58,011 nucleotides of DNA, filler included, from Sphacelaria rigidula (GCA_964200075.2; 3 parts of 3 records of this genome joined end to end with filler, not necessarily neighbours in it), one strand, 5' to 3'; positions 12,501 to 25,039 are shown, counted from the whole stretch's first letter. Numbers and translations are program-made. The notes: a model not told the origin generated them from the letters alone.

Positions 12501-15500
12501 ATAGAGGGGGAGAAGCATGCGCACACAAAATAGAGAGGGAGAGAAACAAGGAACAGAGGTAAACAATACAGGGTATAGATAATAAGATAACAGCACCATC
12601 AAGAAACAAGCAAGAGAGCACGCAGCACACAACAAGAATGACGTACGAGCTGGGCCAGCCTAAAAACGGATTTAAGCTCTCAAAGCGATATCTCGAGGAC
12701 ACAGACGAGTTGAGCCATGATCCGCACGCATATCGTATTAATCGTCTAATCAAGGGGAAGGTGCCCATCTGCTCAAAAATCTGGGTTAATTTTTTCTCGG
12801 CGAGTAAACCCGATGTATAGTGATTCCTATACCTAGCGGAGATAGCGTCCACACTAAAATCTATATGAAACCGCGAACGATCGATCAAGCGGATGATGAC
12901 GATTTTTGGTGAGAACCTTCCCTGGAGCACAGGGAGACGATAGATACCCTCAATTTCTTCACCTAATTCGTGATTTATTTCGAGAAATGGCGCACATAAG
13001 GTTCCAAACTAAAAGCAGTATATTACGAGCAGAGGCACTAGATGACCCAAATCTGGATATCGCGTCTCAGTTTTCGAGAGTAGGGTTATGAAATTTGGTA
13101 TGGAAAACCGCTAGTGCATAATGAAATAAAAAACACAGCTTCTTCGTTTCTTTTCGTTTTTTCTTATCTTTTTTCGTGTTTTTAGGGGGGGGGTTGAGGA
13201 GAAATGAACATTGCTCTTGGGCCTTATCTCAATTTTTCAGCTCAATTTTTAGAATTGTGATTTGAAACTTGGAATGGTGAACGACAGAGGTATGCTGAGT
13301 GAAATGGGCCTTCATTTTGTTTTTTTTCATTAGAGGTTCGGACGTTCTCGTGAAAAAATCATCGTTACAATACTAAAACGCCCTCAATCAGTAAAAAAAA
13401 AACGAACCCATTTTTCTTGGTTCATCACGACCTAGCAAGGTCCTGCACAAAGTTTCAACCCACAAACACCAAACGTGGGCCGATAAACGGCCTGCAAAAT
13501 ACTGTTCCGAATTTCCGCCGCCTCGGTTTTTTACAGGTGAAATCGCAAAAGACTTTCTTGGAGTTGGAAAGTGAAATTTGGTATGGGCAATCATCAGGGC
13601 ATGAAGAAAAGCTGTCTCTGACGTCCCGGTGATTTTTTTTTCGCAAATTAAAGGCAAAAATCAGTTTTGAGGTTGTAGTAAAATGCCCTTAACTCACGAA
13701 AAAAAAAACGTTGGGACCTCACAGACAGCCTTTCTTCAGGCCCTGTTGATTGTCTATACCAAATCTCACTTTCTAACTCCAAGAAAAAAATTGCGAATCC
13801 GCCTGCACAGCACAAATCCGCTTGTAGGCTGGCCCAGCCTGTACGCGTTGTAATATTACAACGAGTAGCGTACTACACACGCCAGGGCACACAACACCCG
13901 ACGAAAACCCCGAACCGGAAAGAAATAACGAATTCGATTGAGCGAGCGTCTGATTGATTGATTTGATTGATCGTCGCACTCCCGCTTACCCCGACGGATC
14001 AAACTGTGGTTGTTATCCACAAGATGGACGTTTGGACACGACAGAGCTGCGGATGCTGTTTGAAAGTGCAGACACAACCCCAAGCACGCACTTGGTATAT
14101 ACCTTATGTCGACTTTATCCTTATCGCTGAGCGCCGGCAGGTCCACCTTGGCCCCCGGAAGATTCACGCCTCGTCGGCTCTTGATGGAACCATTGTTCTC
14201 CACGAGGCCCGTCACCGAGACGTCTTTCACATCCGTTACCCTGACGCTCACTTGCCCGTCGTCCAAGAGAATGGCGCTGCCTACGCTTACCGCGCCGGTC
14301 AGGCCCTCGTAGCTCACAAAAAGGCGTTCGGCGGTGCACTCTTCTCGAACGCTCTGCGACGCGATAAACGGGCAGGACGATTCGCATATTGTCTTGTTTT
14401 GCCCAGACACAGTGGACGGCAAGACACGTGCACGCAAGACCACCATGTGTACATGGAACTGCGAGAAGCTGACGGATTTTTCACGTCAGACAGCATATCT
14501 ACCTACGATTGACCGGAACATCCCATGACGGTCTGCCAACATGGAACGCAGTCTTGTTACCGATTGCCGTTGTAGGGAAATTGGTCATGATCTTTCTCCT
14601 CGGGTGTACCAGTTGCTACAATATGCACATCGCTTGCGTGCATCCAACCTATTCGAGAGAAGCACGCCCCGCGTAAACCATGTGACGGTGTGCGGGGCAA
14701 ACTGCTACAGCGGCTTTCACATTACGCGCTCTCTGAAATTTGCTCTGCATGCCGACCTCGATGAAGCAAGCAGCGACGGTGACCACAGGGAGCGGAACAG
14801 GTGTGAGCGACAAGACTGATATCAAGCATCCGGTCCACAAAATTTCTTCGACAGTATATCCCTTTTTCTTCACCAGTACTGGTGTGTGTGTGTTCTCACT
14901 TTGAACCCCTCTCCTTCCTCGGGACGAGTCCGTGGTCTCGGTAGATCAACTCATCTCTGCTCGGTGCACGCCTTGCTTTTTGGATTCGCAGATTGGGACA
15001 GCACTCCCGCGCCGCGTCCACTCTCGTCAAACAAACTTGGTCAAGTACTTTTTGTCTTATCACATGCACACCCGCTTGTGGAAATCAGATACTTCGAAGA
15101 AAAGACTCAACGCATCTGGAAGGAGTCGAACCCACGTTCTTGGCACCATAACGGCGCCAGTCGGACGATTTGACCACCAGTGCGCGGTGACTCACATTTA
15201 TCCTATGCCGTACAGAAAGTCGTTCTATGCGGGGAAATCATTTGCATACCCGTACTCTCTACGCACAACTCAAGCCATGAAGCCCATCCAATACAATATA
15301 TCTCTCTCGACGCGAGGGAGCCCGAGCGCGTACGCAGAAGGCTAATCTGTATTTCACCGTGTGCCCAGTACATTTATCACGCCCCCATGTCTCACCGGGT
15401 CGGTTGTGAGCTCGATGGTCGATCCCTTCGTCAGCTCAATCTTTCCCCCGCCCTTCACCATGCCGGTGCGGATCTCCGGCCCCTGGGTGTCTAACAGGAC

Positions 15501-18500
15501 AGCTCGCACGTTGTGTCCCATTTCGAGAGCCCTCGCGTGTTTGCCTTTGCACTGCATCCACCCGCCCCCCACCGATTTGACGTGCGTGGGGTGACGAAAT
15601 AAAAATGCCCAAACGCGAAGAGATTTGATGTTGGATTCATCAGTGACGAACAAAGGAAATCCTTCAGAGCCGTGCCTGCGGGGAAATGGATTAGCAAGGA
15701 GTAGGACCTGGCGGGGTTTGGCGGAGAACCTCATGGTTCGCGCCGGACAGTCCCGATGGTCGCTTGTGCGGTGAAAATATACGCAACTGTTGAGACAACA
15801 GCGATCTCGAAGGGTCCGGCCAAGGTGTGTGCAACAACCAAACGTGTAGGTTCGGATGACGATGGCAGCACAGACCGCAATCAAATTTCGTACGTGTTCG
15901 CATGTGCTTGAAAGTCTGCCGCGCGAGGTGGGGAAAACGTGTAAAAATGTAGCGTATGAAAGCGATGACAAAGGTAAAACAACCCGTTCACGGGGGATAT
16001 CAATCTCCTTGTGACATCAACATACCGCTCTGAGGTTCTTCAAGCGCAGTTCAGCCTCCTCGAAGGTGGCGTGGGAAAAATTGACGCGCATCACTCGCAT
16101 TCCTGCGTCCACCACCTGCAAGATATAGGGAAGGTCGCGCATGCTGTTGTATATACGGTAACTCACTAGAGGACGCATGTATTCTGAACCGAACAGTATC
16201 ACCCGAAAGGCTAAAAACTCCAAGTACAGAGCACGTGGACAATTGTTGATACACTCTTGCTTTTTTTACATCAATGACTGGAGGTGAGCAACAAGACTGA
16301 GCGCTGGAAACATGGCGCACAATGTGCCGCTCCAAATGTCACCTGCTGTCGATCTTGATGCACTTGCTTTAATTGTTTATCGCGCGAAAAAGGCAGTTGC
16401 TACTATGTTGAGAGCAAACTCTGTGGGGTGTTTGTCGTTTCCGGGCAATTTAATGTCACTGCGAAAAGGTGACGAGAGCTCGACGGGCAGTTGTGTGGAA
16501 ATTCAGCCCTTCTACAAGGTAATGCCAACAACACGACCGCTCTCCATGTCGATCTTCGGGCGCCCTTGAACGAGAAAAGGTTTGCAAAGGTGGCCTTTTT
16601 CGCCGGCTAGCGGTGAGGACATTTATGCACCCTTTTCACATGTTGTGTGCGTTGGATTGCCATCAATTTCCCTTCACGACTCGAGTTTGTGGACTCTGCT
16701 ATATCAGCTAATCGCCCCCACCTTTTCAACTTCATCCCGTCAATTTCAAGACACTCTTGTTGCCCGTTCATCAAACTTCAAGGGCTTTTTCATTTCTTGC
16801 ATTAATCGGGGCCAGTATCCGAACGCGGCACCTATTGTTCAGGAAGATTTCAGTCATCACAGGGTGTCGCCGATGAGAAAAGGTTGTGCTTTCTCCACGG
16901 GCGTTTGTGGGAATTGACCCCTTGTTTGCGGTAGTATTCATATGATGCGCATGTACCGTACGTACATTCTTCACTGGACACGAGAGACGCCACAACAGGT
17001 GACATGCTACGACACGCCAACGAACTGTTCGATAGCAGTGCTCGTCGGGAATAGCCCAGAATTCAGGGCGGTGTGTTTTACCTCGAACACCGACTTTGGC
17101 GAGACGAGTAAAAGAGAGCTGTTTCAGAGGCGCAGGTCTTGAGATTATACTGCTTTTAGTACGTATGCCATTCCAAGTCGAGACATCCAACATCGACTTT
17201 TGAATCGGCTCTTGCAGCGTCGCTCGGGATACTTGTGTGGAGGTGCTCGTTCATCTCGACAGCATGCTCGTTCCCCTGTGTCGATTATTGCTATTCAAAA
17301 GTTTTGCAAAGTTTCTACAGAACACTGCACGCAAGTAAAAACAATTGGGTCATGGCATGTGATGGAAAACACGGGGTTTGGGCTGTGGTCGCTGGTACAC
17401 GCTTTGGCTATAAACCAGCGAAGTTTGTGATCCCGCTTGTGCGGTGGACCACATCCTGCAATGGTCATGCAACAACAGGGAGTCACGATAGTTCAGCACT
17501 GGTCATAAGGTAGGACACGCCAAGTTCACGACCAACTAACGGCTACGGGGTGACGTCCACCGACTCGGATGCATGGCGTGTACGGTACAAATGTAGAGTA
17601 ACCGCACAGTCAGCGCGGGCCAAAAAATGGCGTATCTTTGAACTTGCGCAGTACGGCACAGGCAGCACTGCACAGGCAGCAGGTATCATCGGAGTATATC
17701 ATCATTAGATTGTGGTATTTTATTTTCGCGTCTTGGTCTACCAAGTCGTTCTGTCCGACTCTTTTTCTGTTCCTTCTTTCTTCAGCGAGCGTTTCACTTT
17801 TGTTTTTCTTGGGTACGTCCATCATGTGACCACGGCTGGACCTCTGGGGGGTCAGTTAAAGTGCGACAATCGATCAATCAATCATCATCACCTGGTAAAA
17901 AAAACAAAAACGAATTTGAATCTCAAATCTATCGTCTCTAGTCTGATCCAAAACTCCCACGACGAACCAAGACACACGCTTCGCCCTCGGAGATCGCCTG
18001 TGCAGCACCAAATACTACCAAGTTACTTCATTCACAACAAGTCGGCAAAAGCTTTACGACGACAGCAGTCCAGTCAGCTCAGCATACAAACGGGTCCGCG
18101 CTTGGATGATCGCCAGAGTGCCTTGCTCTTGACTCCTCTCTCAGACCAAGCTGTTGCCCACCATACGACATGAAATAGGACAGAAACACCAAGAAGACAT
18201 AACGCGCATCATCAACGACAACACATACACAATGGTCCGTCACAATTTCAATACAACGATCGCACCTTTTGGAGGGTCTCAAAATCCTCAGATACAGGGC
18301 CAATAGTGGCCACGATCTTTGTCAGAGAGGGCGTGGTCTTCCACGTATAAACAGATCGCCTGCCCCTCAGGCCCACACAAAACTGACCGCTGTGACAGTT
18401 GTTGTTGTTGAATGGTGTCGGTATCTTGTCAGTAGCAGCAATAAAGGATGACCTCCATCCATTTTGCCTCAGAGCTGTTGATCGGGCTAGTAATCGTTGC

Positions 18501-18502
18501 AT
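3570..18502 (-). CDS. PK: Pyruvate kinase, spliced gene (12 exons, ~554 aa), probable mitochondrial isoform
   Basis: Exons 18266-18502, 16026-16115, 15396-15551, 14103-14353, 12305-12462, 11695-11815, 10436-10516, 9041-9121, 8506-8666, 7523-7599, 5621-5848 and 3570-3593 join in frame with GT..AG introns and consistent phases (1665 nt). Motifs: [89 protein letters not shown]. Confidence 0.95.
5621..5848 (-). CDS. PK: Pyruvate kinase exon 11 (C domain)
   Basis: [24 protein letters not shown]...[13 protein letters not shown]...LKVVT; CAG acceptor, probable GTGAG donor. Confidence 0.88.
5947..7096 (-). mobile_element. 5'-truncated degenerate LINE (RT C-terminus + Zn-knuckle), poly(C)-associated family
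   Basis: Minus-strand remnants [18 protein letters not shown] and [14 protein letters not shown]; homologous to 9281-10265; G-runs at both ends. Confidence 0.8.
7523..7599 (-). CDS. PK: Pyruvate kinase exon 10 (C domain)
   Basis: [29 protein letters not shown] acceptor, GTGCG donor. Confidence 0.9.
7671..7856 (-). mobile_element. Short 3' fragment of the same LINE
   Basis: Matches 5950-6130 and 9283-9470 (CCCTTTCGAGACGGAGCACCGTT...); G-runs on both sides. Confidence 0.75.
8506..8666 (-). CDS. PK: Pyruvate kinase exon 9
   Basis: [18 protein letters not shown]...[18 protein letters not shown] acceptor, GTGAG donor. Confidence 0.92.
9041..9121 (-). CDS. PK: Pyruvate kinase exon 8
   Basis: [30 protein letters not shown] acceptor, GTAAG donor; not in the ORF track, read by hand. 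Confidence 0.93.
9281..10265 (-). mobile_element. 5'-truncated degenerate LINE, second long copy
   Basis: Minus-strand remnants [12 protein letters not shown] and [19 protein letters not shown]; colinear with 5947-6900; G-runs at 9268-9282 and 10298-10320. Confidence 0.8.
10436..10516 (-). CDS. PK: Pyruvate kinase exon 7
   Basis: [30 protein letters not shown] acceptor, GTGTG donor. Confidence 0.93.
10838..10905 (-). mobile_element. Extreme 3' tip of the same LINE
   Basis: CTCATTTGTTGCTTGCGTTAGTCGTTTGACCATTGACCACGCATCCCTTTAGAGA between two G-runs. Confidence 0.65.
10927..11190 (-). mobile_element. SINE-like dispersed repeat (poly(C)-ended family), 3' half
   Basis: Homologous to 33020-33280, 55560-55815 and 19450-19665; ends CATGAGTGCAC(C)n. 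Confidence 0.7.
11695..11815 (-). CDS. PK: Pyruvate kinase exon 6
   Basis: [43 protein letters not shown] acceptor, GTACC donor. Confidence 0.93.
12305..12462 (-). CDS. PK: Pyruvate kinase exon 5
   Basis: [21 protein letters not shown]...[13 protein letters not shown] acceptor, GTAAG donor. Confidence 0.93.
12646..13841. mobile_element. Tc1/mariner-type non-autonomous element
   Basis: TIRs CGAGCTGGGCCAGCCTAAAAACGGATTT / AAATCCGCTTGTAGGCTGGCCCAGCCTG, TA on both flanks, AT-rich interior. Confidence 0.75.
14103..14353 (-). CDS. PK: Pyruvate kinase exon 4 (B domain)
   Basis: [18 protein letters not shown]...ILLDDG...[25 protein letters not shown] acceptor, GTATA donor. Confidence 0.93.
15396..15551 (-). 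CDS. PK: Pyruvate kinase exon 3
   Basis: [33 protein letters not shown]...IELTTDP|GTGAG. Confidence 0.93.
16026..16115 (-). CDS. PK: Pyruvate kinase exon 2
   Basis: [38 protein letters not shown]. Confidence 0.93.
17760..17890 (+). repeat. Dispersed retroelement 3' end with (ATCA)n-like tail
   Basis: TTCAGCGAGYGTTT...GGGTACGTCCATCATGTG...GTGCGACAATC recurs at 34830-34975, 48545-48700 and 57550, and inverted at 13945-14050. Confidence 0.65.
18266..18502 (-). CDS. PK: Pyruvate kinase exon 1 (presequence + TKIVATIGP)
   Basis: [13 protein letters not shown]...[21 protein letters not shown] followed by GTGCG donor. Confidence 0.9.
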
Positions 18503-19274
18503 GCTGATGGTGACACAAGCAACGCTGGCGCGAGTTGTGGGGATACGATGTTCTGAACGACTCGCCGCAGTAGTTCGTCCGATCCAGACCCGCGATCGGA
18601 ACTTGGGTTGTATATACTGTTGTTGTAGTATATTACATGACTTTGGATATTGTCATCCTTTTTTACCCCGAACTCATAGCACACTAAAAATCGCAACTTA
18701 GCACCTAAGTTTTCAGATCTGTGTTGTGGAATTAAGTACGAACAATCGCAACGGTATTGTTTGTTTATAGCTCGAGAATTATGGGCTTTTTGAAGACGCA
18801 ACGAAGACTTGAAAATGTCGTAGACCACAACCCAATAACCGAGACAAGTCAAAAACAAAAAACAAGACAAGAGAAAAACAAACTGACTGTGCCCAGCAGC
18901 AACCTCGTCGCCGTGGGTACGCTAGCTATCTTGCTAATCCACGACTTTCTGTTCTTGGTTGTTGACCCGCCCCCATTTCTTCGGGGCTGGTCAACACTCC
19001 CCCCCCACCCACCCACCCCCCCACCACCAGAACCCCCCCCTCACCTCTAGACTCTTGTTGTGTTGGCGTCGAGTGGCAACGGCGCTGTTAAACAATAAGC
19101 CACCAAAACCTAGACATGAAATGTACTGAATGTCACCGTACAAATATCAGGGACCGCCACTGGACAAAGAAAGTACCGGACCGAGACACAAGAGACGTGC
19201 AAAAACCGAGTAACCCCATTTAAAAATAAGGGCAATGGCCTAGAAAAGGTATACCTTCTCGTTTTTTGCCTAGG

Positions 19275-19374
19275 NNNNNNNNNNNNNNNNNNNNNNNNNN
19301 NNNNNNNNNNNNNNNNNNTTAATTAATTAANNNNNNNNNNNNNNNNNNNNNNNNNNNNNNNNNNNNNNNNNNNN
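19275..19374. other. Assembly gap with TTAATTAATTAA linker
   Basis: 44 N + TTAATTAATTAA + 44 N. Confidence 0.97.
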
Positions 19375-19449
19375 GATGCGCCCACATATACCGAAAGGTG
19401 TAGACTGGTGCCCAAAATAAATGGGATGACGACACACAACACACACATT

Positions 19450-19764
19450 GATGGCTGTCATTCAAATGCAAGATGATCAGTAGGCTTCGGGCCGAACAAT
19501 CTCAGCGGGATGCAGCTCACCCTTACTCGCCGAACACACCACGGCGCTTCGCCCTTGGTGGTTTGAGTGCAAGCCTGGTCCGGCGAAAACCCGGCGTGTT
19601 CCGTCCCGACATTGTAGGGATGCGAGGTCAATGGTCTGATGACTATGGCATGCATGATCATGAGTACTGCGAGCCTGGTCCGGCGAAAAAACGGCGCGCT
19701 ACGTCCCGGCTTTGTAGACATGCGAGGTCGGTGGTATCATGACTACGTCATGCAGAGTCATGAG
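19450..19764 (+). mobile_element. SINE-like repeat, 3' half with internal duplication, interrupted by a hAT MITE
   Basis: Same family; about 95 bp (GCCTGGTCCGGCGAAAA...CATGAGTA) duplicated in tandem. Confidence 0.7.
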
Positions 19765-20951
19765 TAGAGGTGGGCACCGTTGACAGAAGAACCGGTTATA
19801 ACCAGTTGTATGACACCCTAGTGGACGTTTACCGGTTCCGGTACTGGAAAAGTCGCGGTTGGAACCGGTTTAACCGGGAAAGGAGGCTCTACTCCGGCGT
19901 GGTGCCGTCGTCGTAGGGCTTTTTGACTCGTACCTGAGCCAGGCATAGCTAATTCGACTCTCACCAGCGTGATCTTTCGCGAAGACGAGTCAAGTATTGT
20001 TGTTTGAGTGACAATGTCACACAGAGTAATGTAAGACTGCGCGTTCTTCAGGCAAAGTGAGTGCGCGTGAGTTACTGTTCATTGTCTGAAGATCCGCTAT
20101 AGTTTCCTCACGGAGAGTACCATCATGATGTTGGCGTACACAAGAAGCCTTGCCTGCAGACGGTGTTTCTTGTTGGCAATAGCTGATGCGATGTCTTGTC
20201 ACCTATCGCCCTTGTACGATTATTGCGCCATCGTTTATACTGTAGGGCAAGATGGCCCAGAGAGAAGGCGCTATCGCGTGGTTTGCGTGGTTGGCAGCGT
20301 CTAGTGTGGATTTTCCGCTGTCTGCTGTTTTCGTTGTTTTCGGGCACTGAGACACTCATCTCTTTTCATGCAAAGTTGAGGGAGAGCTTTACCCCTGCTC
20401 CTCCCTCATATTTTGAGGCATTGGGTTGTAGGGGTGGGCAGGGTGTGAGGTGCAGAGTTTTCCTTTTCGGCACCCTATGTTGGATTGCATGCTATAGTTC
20501 AGGCTGGAGATTCTTCACATGGACAGAGTAGTCTTTCATGCTGATGCCTTGTCGATTTGTTCGTGCCAGTTTCGAGCTTCGACCAGCAGCTGTTCAAGTA
20601 ATCACCAACACCATTTCCTATCAAGCTTCAGAGTTGGTGTCACCAGACACTGTGCTGTATGCTCGACAGATCTTGCCCGGGTGGGGAGGTGTGAGATTGA
20701 ACCTTGCCGTCACCGGCGATGGGTGTGTCTGAGTTCTTTAATCACCCACCGCACGCACGACAACAACGCATAATTCACCTACGCTTCAACGAGTTGGGGC
20801 CGTTTCTCCCTTGATCATCAGGTCAAACCGGTTATCGGTGAACCGGTTAAACCGACTGGGAAAAAACGGTCTAACCGGTTTTTTTTATTATGAGAATATC
20901 GCCTCAAATCCGGTAACCAATTTTTCTCGTGACTGCCGGTGCCCATCTTTA
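19765..20951. mobile_element. hAT-type non-autonomous element
   Basis: TIR TAGAGGTGGGCAC / GTGCCCATCTTTA; 8-bp TSD GTCATGAG (19757-19764) / GTCATCAG (20952-20959); subterminal AACCGG/CCGGTT arrays. Confidence 0.85.
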
Positions 20952-21289
20952 GTCATCAGTAGACCGCCTCCGCATCGTAAGATCACTCACCCCTAGCCTG
21001 AGAGGCACTGCGCACACGTCTACCATGAAAAAACACTATCGCAGAACACAGTGTCCTGCTGGTAGCTTGGAAGCCCGCCTTTTGCCGCCATTTCCCAATC
21101 CCGCAAAGATTGCCCTTATCATCCAGAGTGGGGTACTGCTGCAGAACACTACCATTGCACATATGACCCCGAACGACACCCGAGACATCAGCCTAAATAA
21201 TTCAGCTGCGGAACCGGCAGGTACATGGCCTAGATCTTTATAGCTTGTGTGGAAAAAAATGTGAGCCCAGACCTCCTGGACATCATCAC

Positions 21290-21545
21290 GAACCACGGAG
21301 AATATGGTGGTACATACATAAAATTTGACTTATTGGTCAACGAGGGAAAGGAACTGCTGAAGCACTTTCGTGATAAAAAAAATAAGGCAAGCACCGCAGA
21401 AGGAAGGTGGAGAAGTAAAACAAACAAAAAGGGGAAAACTCCTGTGTTGGCCTTCCTCCTGTGTGATCCCGGCTGGTGCGCCCACATATACCAACAGGTG
21501 TAGACCGGCGTCTAGAATAAATGGGACGACAACACACACATATAC
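21290..21545 (+). mobile_element. tRNA-derived SINE, 5'-truncated
   Basis: ...GCGCCCACATATACC..GGTGTAGACCGGCGTC..AATAAATGGGACGACAACACACAC matches the SINE 3' part; another tail fragment lies at 19376-19448. Confidence 0.7.
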
Positions 21546-22621
21546 CTATTGAAGTACCGATATAAACATGATGAGTGCATCCGGGATAATGTCTCCATCG
21601 CACTGGAACAAACTAGGCATGATGTGCACTCTTACGTATGGATATCTCCCAAGCGAATATATGAAATACCACTATACTAGTGGGCATGGCTACGCCAGTG
21701 GAAGGTAATGTCACTCCTATGCTCGGCACTTTTTCATGTGTAACTTGCGGGCTTGCGGTCAGATACGCACGCACTATGAGAACAAAATAAGTAAGTGGAT
21801 GACCAGAACCAACCCTCTCGGTACTCTCTATGATCGTCGCACAACCCCTCAACCCTGACATGGCAAAGTGTTCCAGGTCACAACTAGATAAGCTCGACAG
21901 TACCAGCATGAGCCGTCGACATGTTTGTCGATGCTACCGCCACTCAGCCGACACGCCATATCACTGTCGCTGGCCGCGCGCAGGGAGAACAAAAGCCTCC
22001 GTACACCCCTATTATTTGCAAAGTTCTTCCCAAGCACCCCACAGAATTCTCAGAGCAGGCTACTCAAAACGTTATTTTGAATAGTGAACCTTGTTTTCTC
22101 TTTTTTTTAATCATGACATCTATTCTTGTTATATGAGCTTCGTGTGATCATCGTGTTGTGCGGAACTATTTCCATACGTTTTTCAAGTGATGGGAAAAAA
22201 CAAGGACGTAAATCAATTTCACGAGCACGAAAAAAAGACGATATAAAAATATGAAGCGACGGTTCAATCCATTCAAAAACATCGCCATGGATGGTAGCAA
22301 GGGTGAAGGTAACGAAAACGCCAAAGAACGACCACCGCGTTCAAACGTTCAAACTTGTACGATAAAAAATACCCGACGCGGTGCCTCGCTGTTTCAGCAC
22401 ATACCACAGTCTAGCCTGCACGAAGCAAACACGCGAATCATTTTGCACGTTACGTGACACAACATGGATGCAAGCATCAGCAGGAGCAGGAGAACGCAGC
22501 ACGCAACAGTACAACAGTGCAGTACACAGCACCAGGTCACAACACTAATTGACGAGCACTGAGCATCAGAATAAAACCGTGTGTGGCATCGTTTCCGAAC
22601 AAACAAATGCCTCAAAAACAT

Positions 22622-23594
22622 CAGGGCTTGTCATGGGGCTTCGGATTGGGACGGGACCGCTTTCCCGTGGCTAAATTTATTGAATCGGGACGGGAAGGGT
22701 TTCCCGTCGCCAAGAAAATGACGGGAATTCCCTTCCCGTCTGTTCTGCTCCGCCCTAACGGGGATATTTGTTCAACCTTTCCCCGAACGGGTAAGATGAG
22801 ATCGTGAATTTGTTCACGGGGAAACGATCACCGGTTTTGAGGTACAAAATTCGACAACAGTACTTGAATCGACTATAACTGCGACGATAAAACGGTTGCG
22901 TCCTGTCCTGTTGATTTTATTTGGGGGGAGGGGGAGGAGGGGAGGAGGGGGGGCAGGAGTTCCCGTTCCGTCCCAAAGTCTCGTCACAAGACCTGATTAC
23001 GATGAGTGTCACCGTTCCACCTATTACGACAACCGTGAGTCAAGAACAGGCTGTGGGAAGGACCGACGTCAGAAAGAAAACATGTTTCCACGTGCCACAT
23101 ATGTAGAGAGAAAAGTATACCCAGGTTCCCGTGAGATTCGACGAGAATTCCCGCTCCGATGAATAGAATTCCCGTGAACAACAATCATCCATGCTCGAAC
23201 AATCTTTAATGAATTAATTGATTACTCATCATAAATATATGTATTTAAGATATGACCAAATTACAGTCGGCAAATAATCAATGAAAGATTGTTTGAGGAT
23301 GGATGGTTGGATGGTTGGTTGGGATTGAATTTTATATTTTGGACAAGGGAAAGACAATATCGAGCATTTTCCCGTGAGCAAGGGATGGGACGGGAACGTG
23401 TTGCCCTCGTCTAGACAAGAACGGGACGGGAACGTTTTCCTGTCGCCAAAAAAGTGACAGGACGGAGTGGGACCCTTTTCCCATCGCCAAAACAACGACG
23501 AGACGGGACGGGAACCCAAAAACACGACCGGACAAGACGGGAATTGCCGTCCCGTGCCATTTTCCGTGATATCTTATCCACGTGACATAACCTG
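22622..23594. mobile_element. hAT-type non-autonomous element
   Basis: TIR CAGGGCTTGTCA / TGACATAACCTG; 8-bp TSD AAAAACAT (22614-22621) / AAAAACAC (23595-23602); many GGGACGGGA/TCCCGT subterminal motifs. Confidence 0.8.
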
Positions 23595-25039
23595 AAAAAC
23601 ACGGATCCGCTTGTTTTTTTCTGGGGACCTGTGAAGAAACAGCTACGCGGAATAACCTTGTACTGGAGCACACATAGAGTATCACAGAAAAACATAAGTG
23701 TATGGAAGCTCTCCTATTATGGAGCACAACAAAAGTGTGAGACAGGATCACCGGTAGGAACATTCAAGATAGCACAGCGAAGAAGAGTTTGCATAACACA
23801 GTAATCATTGGACAGCAACCCGAACAGAACAGCACGGCACGCGGTACAGTACAATATACTGGAGCACACAGCACCAGCTCAGGGCAACAACTGGCCAGAT
23901 CTGAGGGTCGGACTATAACTGAGTGGCATCGTTTTTCAACCGACATACCCGTCAAAAAAAGGACACAAAATTATTCCAGAGGATCTGAGCGAAAACAGCC
24001 CTGCTGCAAAACATTATATCAGAGCGCAGGGCATAGACAGTGCACATGAACGTGCCGAGAATACTCTCCCATTCACGAAGACAACGTGTGTGGGTGTCAG
24101 TGGGAAGAACATGCAGCACAGCACTGTTAACAGCAGTGTAGCACCCTGAATGGAAGAGCGCAGCACGCATCAGTACATTGCAGCACGCTACACAGTCCTT
24201 ACGTAGTACACAGGATCAGCTCACAGCAAATTGATAAGAACTGAGGGCCGGGGAAAAGATGGTTTGGCGTTTAATTAGGAAAAAAAAAAATCCTCGATGG
24301 ACAAAAAATAGATACCTTGCTGTCGATCATGACATCAGCATCGTGGACACCGGACTGAACCAACTTCTGTAATGGACGTAGCGTGTGCTTCCTCTTTCAT
24401 GTAAGGATGTGAACATATCAATGGGCTCAACATTAGAGTCATCACCCTCTTCTTCACACCTCTCTCTTACATGGCGGTACAGTCTCTTGCGTCTCGCCAT
24501 ATTTTATAGTCTGCGGCATTGTAGGGTTCTTCAGAGGTGGGTTCGTGGGAACAACAGGAAGGGTCGGTTTGTCTCTGCCGATTTTCCCAACTGTCCGTTT
24601 CTCACTGTTTACCCAACAGGGAGAGAAAGAGGGGAGGTGGACACCCATTGACCAAGGACGACCTTGGCGTCAGGTCTGATCATCATACTTCACGTGTCCA
24701 TGTAATGGATGTGAGTGTCAACACACGTGCCGTGTAAGCATCAACCGCTTCAGCGCCCGCGGGCCCGACAATCCCGTGTAGAATGGCGAGATCCCGTGTA
24801 AAATGGCGAAATCATGGACAAGGAAGCGGTAGCAGGACGCTCGGGCGCCAAAATGATTCGCGTCTGTTCTTTTGACCAATACAACCGCAGCAACGTTCAT
24901 ACGCTTGTGTCAATCTCCAAAAAACTGACGAAGCTCAAACTCGCAGAAGGCCGGGGGGCGCGAAAAAGGGGTCAAATTTATGTCATGTGTGTTGGGTGAG
25001 CTGAACAATCGATCGGGGTACGCAATGAAGATTGAGCTA

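Noticed and set aside
19319-19330. TTAATTAATTAA palindrome inside N runs (also 38692-38703)
   Set aside because: Artificial scaffold linker in fixed 100-nt gaps; not biological. Adjacency across the gaps is also unverified.
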